The position numbers and the translations under genes were made by a program. Shown in pieces: positions 1 to 55,938 of a DNA stretch of 64,000 nucleotides. How positions within the stretch are numbered: the stretch's first letter is position 1; every line of letters starts with the position of its first letter. The notes beneath the pieces were generated by a model. It saw nothing but the letters and a program-made list of their open reading frames with translations. It was not told the DNA's origin and ran no database searches. The stretch comes from the human T2T-CHM13v2.0 reference genome, Homo sapiens. The DNA is taken from assembly GCF_009914755.1 (NCBI RefSeq), contig NC_060926.1; one strand, written 5' to 3'.

Positions 1-324
1 GGTGGGACACGGCAAGCATTCAGTTGTTATTTATGTTAGGGTGATGGGGGAAGAAAGGGGGAGGGTGTATTAACAAGATACCTTGTTTTATATATGTGTG
101 TGTATATGTATTATTTTATTATACATACATGCATACTTCTGTAGTTCCCTGGACTGTAGGATAAGTTAGGTTACTTAGAATCTCAACAGCTAGCATCGTT
201 TTTACTTAGGTTTTCAAGCCTACTGGCAGGGTAAGCAAGAGGTAGTACCATTTTGGTAAGAAGTAGAGAGCTAGGGACAGTAAAGATGGAGTAATATATA
301 TATGAGGGTATAGTCAGGCCCTAG

Positions 325-543
<219 letters not shown>

Positions 544-964
544 TAAATAAACCTTGAAATACAACCTTGGCTCAAACGTTAATGGTCATGGATAAAGTGA
601 ATTAAAACTTGTTAGGGGCCAGGTGTGGTGGTTAATGCCTATAATCCCAGCACTTTAGGAAGCTGAGGCAGTTGGATGTCCTGAGGACAGGAGTTCAAGA
701 CCAGCCTGGCCAACACAGTGAAACCCTGTTTCTATAAAAAATACAAAAATTAGCTGGGCGTGGTGGCACACACCTGTAGTCCCAACCACTTGGGAGGCTG
801 AGGCATGAGAATTGCTTGAACTTGGGAGGCAGAGGGACTTGGGAGGCAGAGGGTGTAGTGAGCCAAGATCGCACCACTGCATTCCAGCCAGGGTGACAGA
901 GCAAGAAGACTGTCAACAACAACAAAAAATGTTATAGAAGTGAAAAAAATTGATTAATTTAGAA

Positions 965-1147
965 CAAGCTTGTCCAGTCTGTGGCCCAGGATGGCGTTTA
1001 AATCAGCCCAACACAAATTTGTAAACTTTCTTAAAACATTTTGTGATTTGTTGTTGTTGTTTAGCTCATCAGCTATCATTAGCATTAGTGTATTTTATGT
1101 GTGGCCTAAGACAATTCTTCCAGTGTGGCCCAGGGAAGCTGAAAGAT
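965..1147 (-). mobile_element. MER30 (hAT-Charlie) MITE
   Basis: agctcatcagctatcattagcattagtgtattttatgtgtggcc and caagcttgtcca end. Confidence 0.8.
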
Positions 1148-1689
1148 CATTATCCTCTGATCTATCATATTAATGAGCTGCATCCTAAAAGACATTCATC
1201 TATAACTAAGCTCAGTTTCATGTTTTGTTCCTTTTTCAATAGATAAGATAGGGAATGAGCAAGTTAATAAAGTGGGTATTTTAATTTTAAGGTTGAAACT
1301 AAGGATCATAACATTATCAGAGGTCTAGAACTGGATGGCAGCTACAGAGATCATTTAGCCTAATACTGGTTTAACAAATAATCCGGGAGATCCGTGATAT
1401 GTGAATGTGCTAGGCCTGAGATGAGACAGCCAATTGTGGAAGAGCAAACACTAGAACCAGTATAAGTTGCTTACTGCTTTCTTATGCTATTAATGAGCAT
1501 ATCGCCTCCTGATATTTATGATATATGGTCATGCCAACAGCTTTGTCATAAATAGAACTCCCATGGCAGCAATCACTTAATCTTGTAGTTAGAGGTGGGG
1601 TCTCACCATGTTGCCGAGCTGGCCTTGAACTTCTGGGCTCAGCGATTTTCTCCACAGGCACCTGCTACTGTGCTCGGTGCAGCACTTTG

Positions 1690-2075
1690 TGTTTTTGAAC
1701 ATAACCTCAAGATGTTATTGTCTTCATAGTAAAACAAAAGATGAGGCTTAGAACTGGATCACTTTGCCTGTCTCTTCTTACCTCCTCCCAGTTCAAAATG
1801 CTTGCATCTCTTAATAGCTAGCATTCCCTTGGATTTTGCACATGAGCTCAAACTCAAGCCTCAGCACAATCTTTTTTATAGTTTTAGTCTTTTAGCCAGA
1901 GTCGACTTACCCCCCATACCCACTCTGCTTCCTTCATAATGCTGCTTTCCCTGGGCAGAGAATCCTTGCCCTTCTTGTATTATGTCACTTTGTGGGGTTG
2001 GTGTCTGCTACACTTACAGCAAGTCCAGAGATTTTTTTTCCACCACGTTTGCAGGAGAACTATTGGCATGGAAAA
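1690..2075 (-). pseudogene. RPL36AP15: Processed RPL36A (ribosomal protein eL42) pseudogene in MSH6 intron 3
   Basis: The reverse strand reads HQPHKVT.YKKGKD...KQSGYGG...KRCKHFELGG...VIQF* (stop at 1750-1748) with indels and ATG>GTG at 2046-2044. It has RPL36A-type UTRs, an A-rich tail remnant and no introns. The pseudogene number is from memory. Confidence 0.88.
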
Positions 2076-2199
2076 TGACAATTGTTTTAATGTCAAGTGA
2101 AACTGAAGTTGATGTTCATTGAGAGGTTTCTAATTTCTAGAGGTGGGTTCTTTTTTTGGCATATGAAGTTGCAGCATATTAAGAGAATTTACAGTAGTA

Positions 2200-2490
2200 C
2201 AGATGGGGTTATCCCATCCACAACTTATGATGGGGTTACATAAACTAAAAACGTGTTTAATACACCTACCCCACCGAATATTGTAGCTTGGGCGTAGCCT
2301 AACCTATCTCAGACGTGCTCAGAACACTTAAATGTTAGCCTAAAGTTGGGCAAGATCATCTAACACAAAGCCTATTTTATAATAAGGAATTGCCTATCTC
2401 ATGTAATTCATCGAATACTGTACTAAAAATGAAAAACAGTGGCTGCACGGGTACCATTATAAAGTCAAAAAATCATAAGTTGAACTGTCT
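2200..2490. mobile_element. MER47A/Tigger5-type DNA transposon
   Basis: acttatgatggggttac...gttgggcaagatcatctaacacaaagcctattttataataa. Confidence 0.75.
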
Positions 2491-2515
2491 TACATTATGG
2501 TTTTCCAAATTTTGA

Positions 2516-10809
<8,294 letters not shown>

Positions 10810-10877
10810 ACTGACTACATTGGAAGCTTTGAGTTGACTTCTGACAAAGGTGGTAAATTCAGACAACATTATGATCT

Positions 10878-10883
10878 AATAAA
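10878..10883 (+). terminator. MSH6: MSH6 proximal poly(A) signal AATAAA
   Basis: First canonical hexamer after the stop codon, followed by T-rich sequence. Confidence 0.85.
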
Positions 10884-10884
10884 C

Positions 10885-10890
10885 TTTATT
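10885..10890 (-). terminator. FBXO11: FBXO11 poly(A) signal AATAAA (TTTATT on +)
   Basis: Canonical hexamer at the far end of a repeat-free ~1.2-kb stretch after the FBXO11 stop codon. Confidence 0.75.
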
Positions 10891-12066
10891 TTTTAAAAAT
10901 GACCATTTTTCCATTTTCTTTCTAGGAAATTAAACCCTTTTAATTCTTATCTACCTTCTACATAATGGTTATTGAATACTCCACAATATATTAAGTCTAG
11001 ATGTTATGGTACATGCATACACTTTCAGGCTGTTTTATACCCACTGTCACCAATACACATAAATGGGGGAGGAAAAGCTATGAAACTGTATAGGGCTGTA
11101 TATATACTTGTCTCAGCTTAATGCAGGAAATTGGTTTAATTTCCAGCAGTTTTGTCTAAACTGTTCAAAAAAAAACTATGAACAGAGTTCAAATACAGGA
11201 CTGTTTGTTTTGAAGAGACTTTCTAAAGTGTACTTAAAACATAGTAGTTTTTTACCTTTCACAAAACTGAGTTACAAGAATACTTTTGTTTTACAGTGCA
11301 TCCCTTCCTAGGAAGTCTCATTAAAACACTCACTTTTTCTAGGGGTGATTTTGAATGCTGCACAGGGAAGGGAAGGAAATAATAGTCTTAACTTTTCTTA
11401 AAGGATACCAGAAACATTGCTGGATATAATTTAAGATTAGTGTTTTCTCTTTCATAGAAAGAACGTACATACTGGGACATGAGTACAGTTACAGCAAGTC
11501 TAGGTGTGCTAACAAAACAGGGCACATTCAAGTACAGTAAGATTTTGCTTGAAATTAAAAACAAACTACATGAGATTAAAGCATTAAAATCATATTTCTC
11601 AATCTGAATACATGTTAAAAAAAAAAAATCAAAAGGAACGCAGAAGTGCTAGCTCACATTTTTACCATATTACAAAAGCAATTGGTACCCATGTCCATAA
11701 AGGCAGCAACAAAGCTGCTTGTCTATTGAAGATTACTACTGCAAATTGGACTGCATTCAATGCTAGTTGTAAAAACACCAGCTTTTCAGAAGTTGGTATC
11801 TGTACAAAATTGCAGCTTATTTTCTTCACTTCTGTCCCTTCAAGTCTTTACACAGTAATGCTAAAACACCCAGCTTTGAGATCCTGAGTCAATATATTGC
11901 CACTTTCTTTTTGGTAGCTTGAGCTTCATAGTGTCAACTGACCTTGTGTATCCATTTTTAATACAGTCTCTTCCTGTAGCATGGGCAAATATTTTAAATC
12001 TTCTTCCAAAAAAGTGTTTTAAGTTATGATGTTACAATGGCAGGACTTTTTCTTTAGGGAAGGAAT

Positions 12067-43743
<31,677 letters not shown>

Positions 43744-43832
43744 TTATACCCTTTTTAAAAAAAGTTCTATGGATACAGAAAACTTTCTTAAAACTTCAAA
43801 TTCGGGAGGGAGCAGATGTAAGTTTTATATGA

Positions 43833-44094
<262 letters not shown>

Positions 44095-44392
44095 TAGCCA
44101 GGATGGTCTTGATCTCCTGACCTCGTGATCCACTCACCTCGGCCTCCCAAAGTGCTGGGATTACAGGCGTGAGCCACCACGCCCAGCCGTGGAAGACTTT
44201 TTTTTAAAAAAAGGTGAGGAGGATATCCACTTGCTGAGAGGAGTGGGAAGGGAACTGGTACTACATGGTTAGAGACCATATATGGTGAAGGCAGCTTGGC
44301 AAGGAGTGTGTCTATGAAGAGGAACGGCTCAATATAGTGCATGAGATACCAGGTAGGTTAAAAAGGGTGTCAGAGGGTAGTCTGGTGTATGA

Positions 44393-44557
<165 letters not shown>

Positions 44558-44986
44558 TAACTAAAAAACAATTTTTTTTGGTGAGATGGGGTCTCACTAT
44601 ATTGCCCAGGCTGGTCTCAGACTCCTGGGTTCTAGCAATCCTCCCACCTTGGCCTCCAAAGTGCTTTCAACAGAGCACGGCTGCAGTGAGCTATGATCAC
44701 ACATCTGCACTCCAGCCTGGGTGACAGAGCAAGACCCTGTCTCAAAATCAGTCAGTCAATCCATCCATCTATGAGTTCATAATAATACTTTAAAAATTAA
44801 AAAAAAAAAAAGATTATTTGAAAGATGCTAGTGGAAACCAACCCATCATGTTGAAAACTTGTAAATAACACAGTGGCTCAAGCCTGTAATCCCAGCACTT
44901 TGGGAGGCCAAGGTGGGCGGATCACGAGGTCAGGAGATCGAGACCATCCTGGAAAACACAGTGAAACCCCATCTCTACTAAAACTA

Positions 44987-45214
<228 letters not shown>

Positions 45215-45550
45215 TTACATAAACTGAATCACCAGGTAGCAAAGTATTAGATGAGGGGAAGCTTCTCTATAGAAACATTCCAGTAATGAAGGGATAATAA
45301 AATTAGAGAATCACCATTCTGCTATCTCTAATGAGTTAACAGATTTAACCAATGAGTACCAATAGTTTGTAAAATCACAAAAACAACCAGTAGTGTATAT
45401 ATCTCCTATACCACTACCTATAAAGTCTGGCCAAAAACATCAAACCTGAATCCGATCAAACCTGTAAGAAACTCTACAGGTCCAACTATCAGTTTCTTAA
45501 CAAATAAACTGGACAAAAACAGTGGGAGAAAAATAAGGAAAACTTTATAA

Positions 45551-46239
<689 letters not shown>

Positions 46240-47668
46240 TGAGCCACCGGCGCCCGGCAGGAGGAGAATATAATTAGAATGGGAAACATAAAAGGCTTAG
46301 TAGTAGCTGGCAAAGTTCTAGTTCTTGCCTTGTTGGTATTACAAAGATAATACCTTAATAATAACTCAACAAGCTGTGTATTTGTGTTTTATGTAGGTTT
46401 CTCTACCTAGCTATATTTCATAATAACAAAGGTATAAAAAGGGGGGAGAGTTTGTAAAAGTGTAATATTTAAAAGTAGAGATTTCCAGTCAGCTAACCTT
46501 GGGTGTAAATTAACATTTTTAAGCCTACATTTTCTCATCTATTAAAGATAAGAGTATGTTATAATTGAAAGCTGCTAAAAACTTAAATATATGTAAAACA
46601 CACAGTATGCCTGGGCTCATATGCAGAGTTCAAGAAGTATTTCAATTACTATTATTTCATTTAAATATTATTCGATTAACATCACTTTCAAATGAAACTT
46701 GGAAAAACAAGTAAATTTTTCTTTAAAAAAAAAAAAAAAAAAAGATACAGGGTCTCACTTTGTCACCCAGGCTGGAATACAGTGGCACAATCATGGCTTA
46801 CTGCAGCCTGTATCTCCTGGGCTCAAGCAGCCCTCCCACCTTGGCCTCTCGAACAGCTGGAACTGCAGATGTGAACCACCACACCTGGCTAATTAAAAAC
46901 AACTTTTTTTTGTAGACACAAGGTCTCACCATGTTGTGCAGGCTAGTCTCAAAACTGCTGAGCTCAAGTGATCCTCCTGCCATGGCCTCCCAAAGTGATG
47001 AGATTATTATAGCTGTGAGTCAATGTGCCCAGCTTGTAAATTTTCCATGTACTGCAGGAATCACAAAAAGCAGCCAGTATGATACGCCTAGGCATTTGTG
47101 GAACTCTCTCCCTTTGAGGTCTAATATGTGTAATTCTATAAATGTTTGTATATTAATAATATGACCAGTAAACGTCCTATGTGTGCTTGAAAGGAACATC
47201 AACACTAATTTTTAGAGTAGGGTTTAAACATGTCTAAAAAGATCTAGCTTGTTAATTGTGTTGTTCAAATAGTCTCTATGCTTACATTTTTTCACTTTTG
47301 TTGAGGGTGGTGGTGGTTTATTCATTGGCTTCTGAAGGAAATGTGCTGAAATCTCCCACCATATTTGTAGTTAATCTTTTTTTTTTTTTTGCCTGCAAAT
47401 TTTTGCTTTATGTGCTTTGAGACAATATTATTTGGACACACAGATTCAAGATAACTATTTCTTCCTGGTGAATTATTCCATTCTTCATTATGTAATTAAT
47501 GGCTTTCTTCATCATCTTCATTATGTAATGGCTTTCTTCATCACTAACAATGCTTTCTGCCTTACAAATCTATTTTTGGTCTATCAGCTTTCTGTTTTGG
47601 TTTGTGTCAGTCTAGTATTTTTTAAATCCTTTATTTTCAATTTCTTACTTTTATGGATTACATTTTAG

Positions 47669-48001
<333 letters not shown>

Positions 48002-48552
48002 TAACCATTTATTGCTAGACTTTTGCTTTTCAGCCAAGGCAAGAGTATCTGTCTAATCTGTAATTTAACCCATCTACTGCCAATTTCCATGATTATATTT
48101 TTAATTTCTAAAAGTTAATTTTTTCCAAGTTTTACTGTTTCTTTTTCACACTGATCTATTACCTCATTGCTTCATTTCCTTCTTTTATCCCTTCAATCAT
48201 TTCACTCACATTTTATATTCTCTCTTAGATTGTTCTGTCATTGACTTTGTTCTTGAGTGAGCATTTGACTAGTGGGCACTTTTTCTAATCTCTATGCGTA
48301 ATTAGGGAAGTTATTTCAGGCTCTAGGCCACATGCCTGGGTCTTTGTTTCAGATATATTTTGAAAAGGCCCAAGGCCATATATCCTATCCCCATATGTGC
48401 AATAAAATTCAACCCCAGACCCCTTAGAACATATGCAGGACCAAAAGCCCCCTGTGCTATATACAGCAACACTAGCTCCCGCTTACTGTTCTGATTTTAT
48501 TTCTCTGATTTCTGATACCTATGAATTTTCCTCCTCTTCTTTCCTTCCTTAA

Positions 48553-48762
<210 letters not shown>

Positions 48763-50171
48763 TAGAGACATGGTTTTGCCATGTTGCCAAGGATGGGTCT
48801 CAAACTCCTGAGCTCAAGTGATCCGCCTAACTTGGCCTCCCAAAGTGCTGGGATTACAGGCATGAGCCACTGTGCCCAGCCCTTATTACATATTTCATTT
48901 TGATATGTTTGTAGTATGCATGCATGTGGGTTAATGTCTCTATCAGCTTGTTTGCCATTTCCTTCAGTAGTCAGTCCAATTCTACAACACTCAAAAGTAC
49001 ATTCTCAAACTTTTCATCCTATACAACTCCCTCCTCCTTTCCTCACCTTCACCTTCTTAAAATCTGTGGACCTTATTACTACAGACACCCACCCACCCCA
49101 CCCTGGAATCCTTTGCTTCTCACCAAAGACACAGCAAATAGTAAAGACTGAAAAGTAAGGAATTCAGAGGTCCTAACAGGAAAGAGAAGGTGCTAATTAA
49201 TTCATTTGCATCCTAAAATGTACAGCAAATAAATTCAAGAAGCTACATGATTTAAGTCATGAATACCACAGAAATCTCAACTTCCCACTTGTAAACACTG
49301 TCCTGAAGTGCTCATGAGTTATAAAATCACTGTTTTGAACTCTGCGCTGAAGAATATGTGCTAATTTCTACATAGTTCTCATATTAAATTACTACTGACT
49401 GTTCTGAGAATCAAGTACAGTGCCAGAAGTTACTTAAAAAGGGATCATTCTGGGAAGATAAGTTGGCTACTACTGTGATAAGCAGCAAAACAGAAAGCTT
49501 AAAAGAAATCTCTAGTCATTTGGGTTCGCTTCATCTTTTGAACTCCTGTAGTACTGAATATATACCGTATATACCTTACTATACCTTAGCTGCCTTATGT
49601 TATACTTACTTTTTTTATTATATGCCATATTTCCCTAACAAAATTATAAGCTCTGAGGGCAAGGCAGGGTAACAAGGGTGCCCTCTTTTATATTCTTCAG
49701 TGTTTAGCTTGGTGCCCAATCAGTACTCAATAAATACTGATTCCCATCAATGGAGAACCCTTTAATTTTACTCAATTCAGGGAGTTCTTCGTAGAAGCCA
49801 TCACTAGTGGTGGCTTATCTCCTACTTTACAGGAAAAAAAAAAACCAAACAAGAACTGCCTTAACTTCCTTCCAACATCCAAATCCACAAATGCATTTAC
49901 ATGTAGATCCATTATTTTTTGTCCCCTCCTGAAATTATGGAGAAGTATTCCCCCAAAACAGACTTAGCATACATGAAACAAAAAATATTTGTTACATTAA
50001 ATAAAAATGAATAAAGCCAACGATCCATGATAGATGCGGCAAACTGGCTCCAACCCAAGAAACACGAAATCATGGATTAGTTATGGTTTTGTGCCAACAA
50101 GTCTAAAAGCAAGACCTTAAAATAATTTTGGCCAGGCGTGGTGGCTCATGCCTGTAAATCCCAGCACTTTA

Positions 50172-50408
<237 letters not shown>

Positions 50409-50578
50409 TCAAAAAAAAATTTTTTTTTAATTTTATGGTTTTCATTTTTATATCTAATAGAATATTATGCCAATGATTGTCAAGTTGTAATCAAAGACTT
50501 AAAAATAACCCTCTACCAAAAATGTTCAATTTTAACTATAATTCACAGAAAAATTTAGTTAGAAAAAATGTTCTAGAC

Positions 50579-50860
50579 CAGAAATGTCCACCAGAAATAG
50601 AACGCAATCCACATATGTAATTTAGCTGCATTAAAAAATAAAACAGTGAAATTTTAATATACTTAACATATTAAATCTGAAATATATCATTTCAATATGT
50701 AAATATAAAATTATTACTGAGATAATTTACATTTTTTTCATACTAAATCTTTGAAAATAGTACGTATGTGTAACACAGCATGCCTCTATTCAGACTAGGC
50801 ATATTTCAAGTGCTCAAAAGCCACATGCAGCTAGTGGCTACCCTTAATTGGACAATGCAG
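50579..50860. mobile_element. MER33-type hAT element
   Basis: catatttcaagtgctcaaaagccacatgcagctagtggctac...ttggacaatgcag. Confidence 0.7.
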
Positions 50861-50867
50861 ACACATA

Positions 50868-51748
<881 letters not shown>

Positions 51749-51881
51749 GTTAGACAGACTGTGTGTGTATATAAAAACACACACATATGGCCAGGCACAG
51801 TGCTCATGCCTGTAATCCCAGCACTTTGGGAGGCTGAGGCGGGTGGATCATGAGGTCAGGAGATTGAGACCATCCTGGCTA

Positions 51882-52136
<255 letters not shown>

Positions 52137-52154
52137 TTATCAGTTCTCTTAAAG

Positions 52155-52476
52155 CAGAGATCCCCAACCCCGGGGCCAGTTAGGAACTGGGCCACCCAGG
52201 AGGTGAGTGGTAGGCGACCAAGCAATACTGCCTGAGCTCCGCCTCCTGTCAGATCAGCCACAGCATTAGATTCTCATAGGAGTGTGAACCCTATTGTGAA
52301 CTGCACATGCGAGGGATCTAGGTTGTGCACTTCTTATGAGAATCTAATTATGTGGTGCATGTCTGATGATCTGAGGTGAACAGTTTCATCCTGAAACCAC
52401 CCACCCCTCTGAGTCCGTGGAAAAACTGTCTTCCATAAAACCAGTCATTGGTGCCAAAAAAGGTTGGGGACCACTG
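52155..52476 (+). mobile_element. MER1B (hAT-Charlie) with perfect 8-bp target-site duplication
   Basis: tgagctccgcctcctgtcagatcagc core, ends ggttggggaccactg. TCTTAAAG occurs at 52147-52154 and 52477-52484. Confidence 0.9.
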
Positions 52477-53439
52477 TCTTAAAGGATAAAAAGTTAATAC
52501 GCAATTTAAAAGTATGCTATTTGCACACACATATATAATATCAAAATTTATTTTATAATTTCTAGATTTTACTACAAATCCTATGCTATAAATACACTAC
52601 AATCTTCACTATTAATAGGAACCACAGAAATAAGTAAAGTCTTCTGGAAAATAAACATGTTTCTTTAATTAAAAAATAATCTCTGACATCTTTGATAATA
52701 AATGTAGCACTGAAAATTTATTTTAGGATTCAAATAAGATTCCTAACTGTCTTGACTCTATTTATTCTGAGCCTAGCAGAATACCTTTTTATATACCCTT
52801 TACCTTGAAAGTTTGCAAAAAATTATACTATTGATTGGCTGGGGTTTAAAGTCTACACATTTTAGGTTATAAAGTTAAGAGTAGTTTATGGAATTTAATT
52901 GACAGAAGTTTTTTTCCCCACAAATACACAAATTCCAATTTACTTACCCATAGTCACAGATCAGATTGGAAACTTAGGCAAATCTGTGCGACTAACAACT
53001 TTGTGTTTAGAAACAGCTCCCAGTCTCATGGCGTAAAGGAACCACACTTGACAACTGTTTCTAACACAGTTGGAAACTACCACAGCTTTTCTCTAACTGC
53101 TAAAAAAATTCACAAATGGAAATCAAGATAAAATTTAAATACTTATAAAGTTACATGGTTTACTTAAAATTTAAATATTTTATAATAGAGATCCCAAAAG
53201 TAAAGTTATAATTAAAAAAACTTTTTAAAAGCTTGACTTGCTGTAAGCAAATGTTTCTGATTTTATAGTTACATTTTAAAATTATTTATTTAGGATACTG
53301 TTACATAATACTTCCATTAATGTATTCAGTTATTAACACACATACGTTCTTACACTGAATTTTTGCCACCACAGGATCATTATACTTAAAATGACTTAAA
53401 AAATGTGCATTTTCGTTACTTAGTAACAATCTTCAAAAG

Positions 53440-54370
53440 CCAAATCTTGCCATGGACTGTGCTAGGTATTGGTGACACAGGTCAATCAAACAGAATATTG
53501 TATTTGCTCTTCAAGAGCCTAAGAGACAGACAACTAAACAGGCAGTAATAATGCAGTGTGTCACATGCTGATAAGGTTAAGCAGAAAGTATTGAGGGAAT
53601 ATTTAAGAACATCTAATCCAATCTTAGATGATGTGGGTATTGGTGTAAGATTTTCTGAAGAAAGTCCAAGCTAAGAAATGGATGACAACTGAGAGTCAGT
53701 TATGCAGAAGGAATAGTGTGTGTGAAGACCTGAAGGTGCTCATCTCCAGCACAGGTATCAAGGAACTGCCAGCTGCTCCATATGTATGGCTATACTATGT
53801 AGCAGAGGCCAAATTATAAAGGCTATTACAAACACTTAAAATAATTTAGACCTTATCTTAAAAACAAAATATGGTCACTGAAGGGTATTAAAAAGAACAG
53901 TAATGTGTTCTGATTTTGGTTTTAGGAAGATCACCCAAACAATGCAAAAACAACTGGAAATGAATAGCACTGGTGGCAGGAGACGAGTAAGGGAGCTACA
54001 GCACAATACAACTCAGAGAGGAAGATGGCTACAGTAATAAATATGGAAGAAATGGATATATGAGATACAAGATAAAGCTCATAAAACTTGATGAGTGGGT
54101 ATGGTGGGCTGGGGGTGGAGAAGAGGTTGGAACCAAATTAATACTGATTTGGGCAATCCAATGGATGGTGGTGCCATGTACTAAGGCAGTGACTTTGGAG
54201 ATTGAAGGTGGGGAAAAAAGATGAGTTAAGGGTTTCAATTTTGAGTTTTGAGGTACCTGTGAGACATTCAAGTGGAAATGCCCAACATAAAACTAAATAT
54301 GTAGATCTCAAGCATTAGTGAGTCATTTGGGTTGGACATAAATAAGAGAATTTTGTCACTCAGAAAATAC
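53440..54370. mobile_element. LINE-2 remnant
   Basis: ttttaggaagatcac, tggatggtggtgccatgtactaag, gtgagacattcaagtggaaatg resemble L2 3' sequence. Confidence 0.55.
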
Positions 54371-55151
54371 ACTACACTAGGAATGGGGAGTCAGAAAGCA
54401 TAGACTAGCTATCATAGCTATCATAATGTACATATGGTACAATACTGTTTCATGGTAGACGTGCCATTCAATTTTTGAGAGGCAGCCATATGATGTAAAG
54501 TGGACTATTAACTGTTGATGTCAAAATTAACAATACTCTATATAGAAAATGTCCACAGATTCATGAATTTGAAATGAATTTAAAAAATAAGTAAAAAATG
54601 TCTGTGGGCCCAGAATTGACCAAAGTTCATAACTTTAGTTTGATTAAAAGAAAATCTCCAACTGACAACTACTAATTCAAGGATTAAAGTCTCTTGAGAA
54701 TAGCTTAAATTTTAATTCTTTCCTGTTATGTATCACGTTCTGTTCTCCCAAGACATTTTCTCTCATTGCTTTTGGGAAAAGGAGTGTAAAATAGTCTCTC
54801 CCCAGAATGGAACATTTAAAAATGTTTTCTTCCATTCTCATATTTGTTCCCCTAGTTTTTCACGTTCAATATTTCCTAAGAGTCAAAATTCATAAAATAC
54901 ATACAATAATTTTCTATTTTAACAAGCAAGAAAAAATTTTTTAAAGTTAGTAACTTCCAAAGATTTAAAATACTTAAGTTCAATCCAAGTTCAATTGGAC
55001 AATGTAATTCAAAAGTAGTGTTTATGTCCAAGGAGAAACTGATATGGCCAGAGTTATCAAATATATCATTAATTCAAGAACAGAATGACCATAGCCCCAA
55101 ATTAAGTCAAACCTAGCTTTAGCCTAACCTTGGACTCACAGACGTTATTAA

Positions 55152-55352
<201 letters not shown>

Positions 55353-55847
55353 TAGTAGAGATGGGGTTTCACTATGCTGGCCAGGCTGGTCTCGAATTCC
55401 TGACCTCATGCTCCACCCACCTCAGCTTCCCAAAGTGCTGGGATTACAGGTGTGAGCCACCGCGCCTGGCCTATTAATTTTCATCTGTTTGCTAGTCATT
55501 GTGAATATGAAGGTCCATCACTGAGGGAACTGTTCTAGTAGGGGAGTGAGATATGTAAACAAATAAAGCAATATAGTAAGTGCCATACCAAGGACACACA
55601 CAGGTGTTATAAAAGTATAAAACAGGACACACAAATCGTCATACGCACACAGTTTAAAAGAAAACAATTTAGCCTGTCCCTAATGTATTTTCACATAATA
55701 TTTAGAAATTTCTAGAAATGTCTTTAGTTTATGGGCAAGGAGTTTAAGAGCAAGAGTGAAGTATGAAAAGCAAAATGAAAATATGGCTATATTCTTATAA
55801 GCATTAAATCCTTAACCTTTCCTTTGTGAATTCACACAAGAAACAAC

Positions 55848-55938
55848 TTTTTTTAATACAGAATGCTTTACAAATTTGTGCGTCTATCTTGGGCAGGGGC
55901 CATGCTAATAGTAGTCTCTGTATCAAGCAACCAATTTT
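55848..55938 (-). pseudogene. U6 snRNA retropseudogene, 5'-truncated and degenerate
   Basis: Reverse complement matches U6 GATACAGAGA..ATTAGCATGGCCCCTGC.CAAG...CAAATT.GT.AAGC.TTC; A-tail at 55848-55854. Confidence 0.85.

Larger units (their letters stand above)
10860..12066 (-). other. FBXO11: FBXO11 3' UTR (3' end approximate)
   Basis: AT-rich, repeat-free sequence between TGA (12067-12069) and the - strand AATAAA. Confidence 0.8.

Noticed and set aside
819-855. 17-bp tandem duplication inside an Alu
   Set aside because: Ordinary slippage in a repeat.
47480-47545. Imperfect ~33-bp tandem duplication
   Set aside because: Lies in old L1-like sequence with no sign of function.
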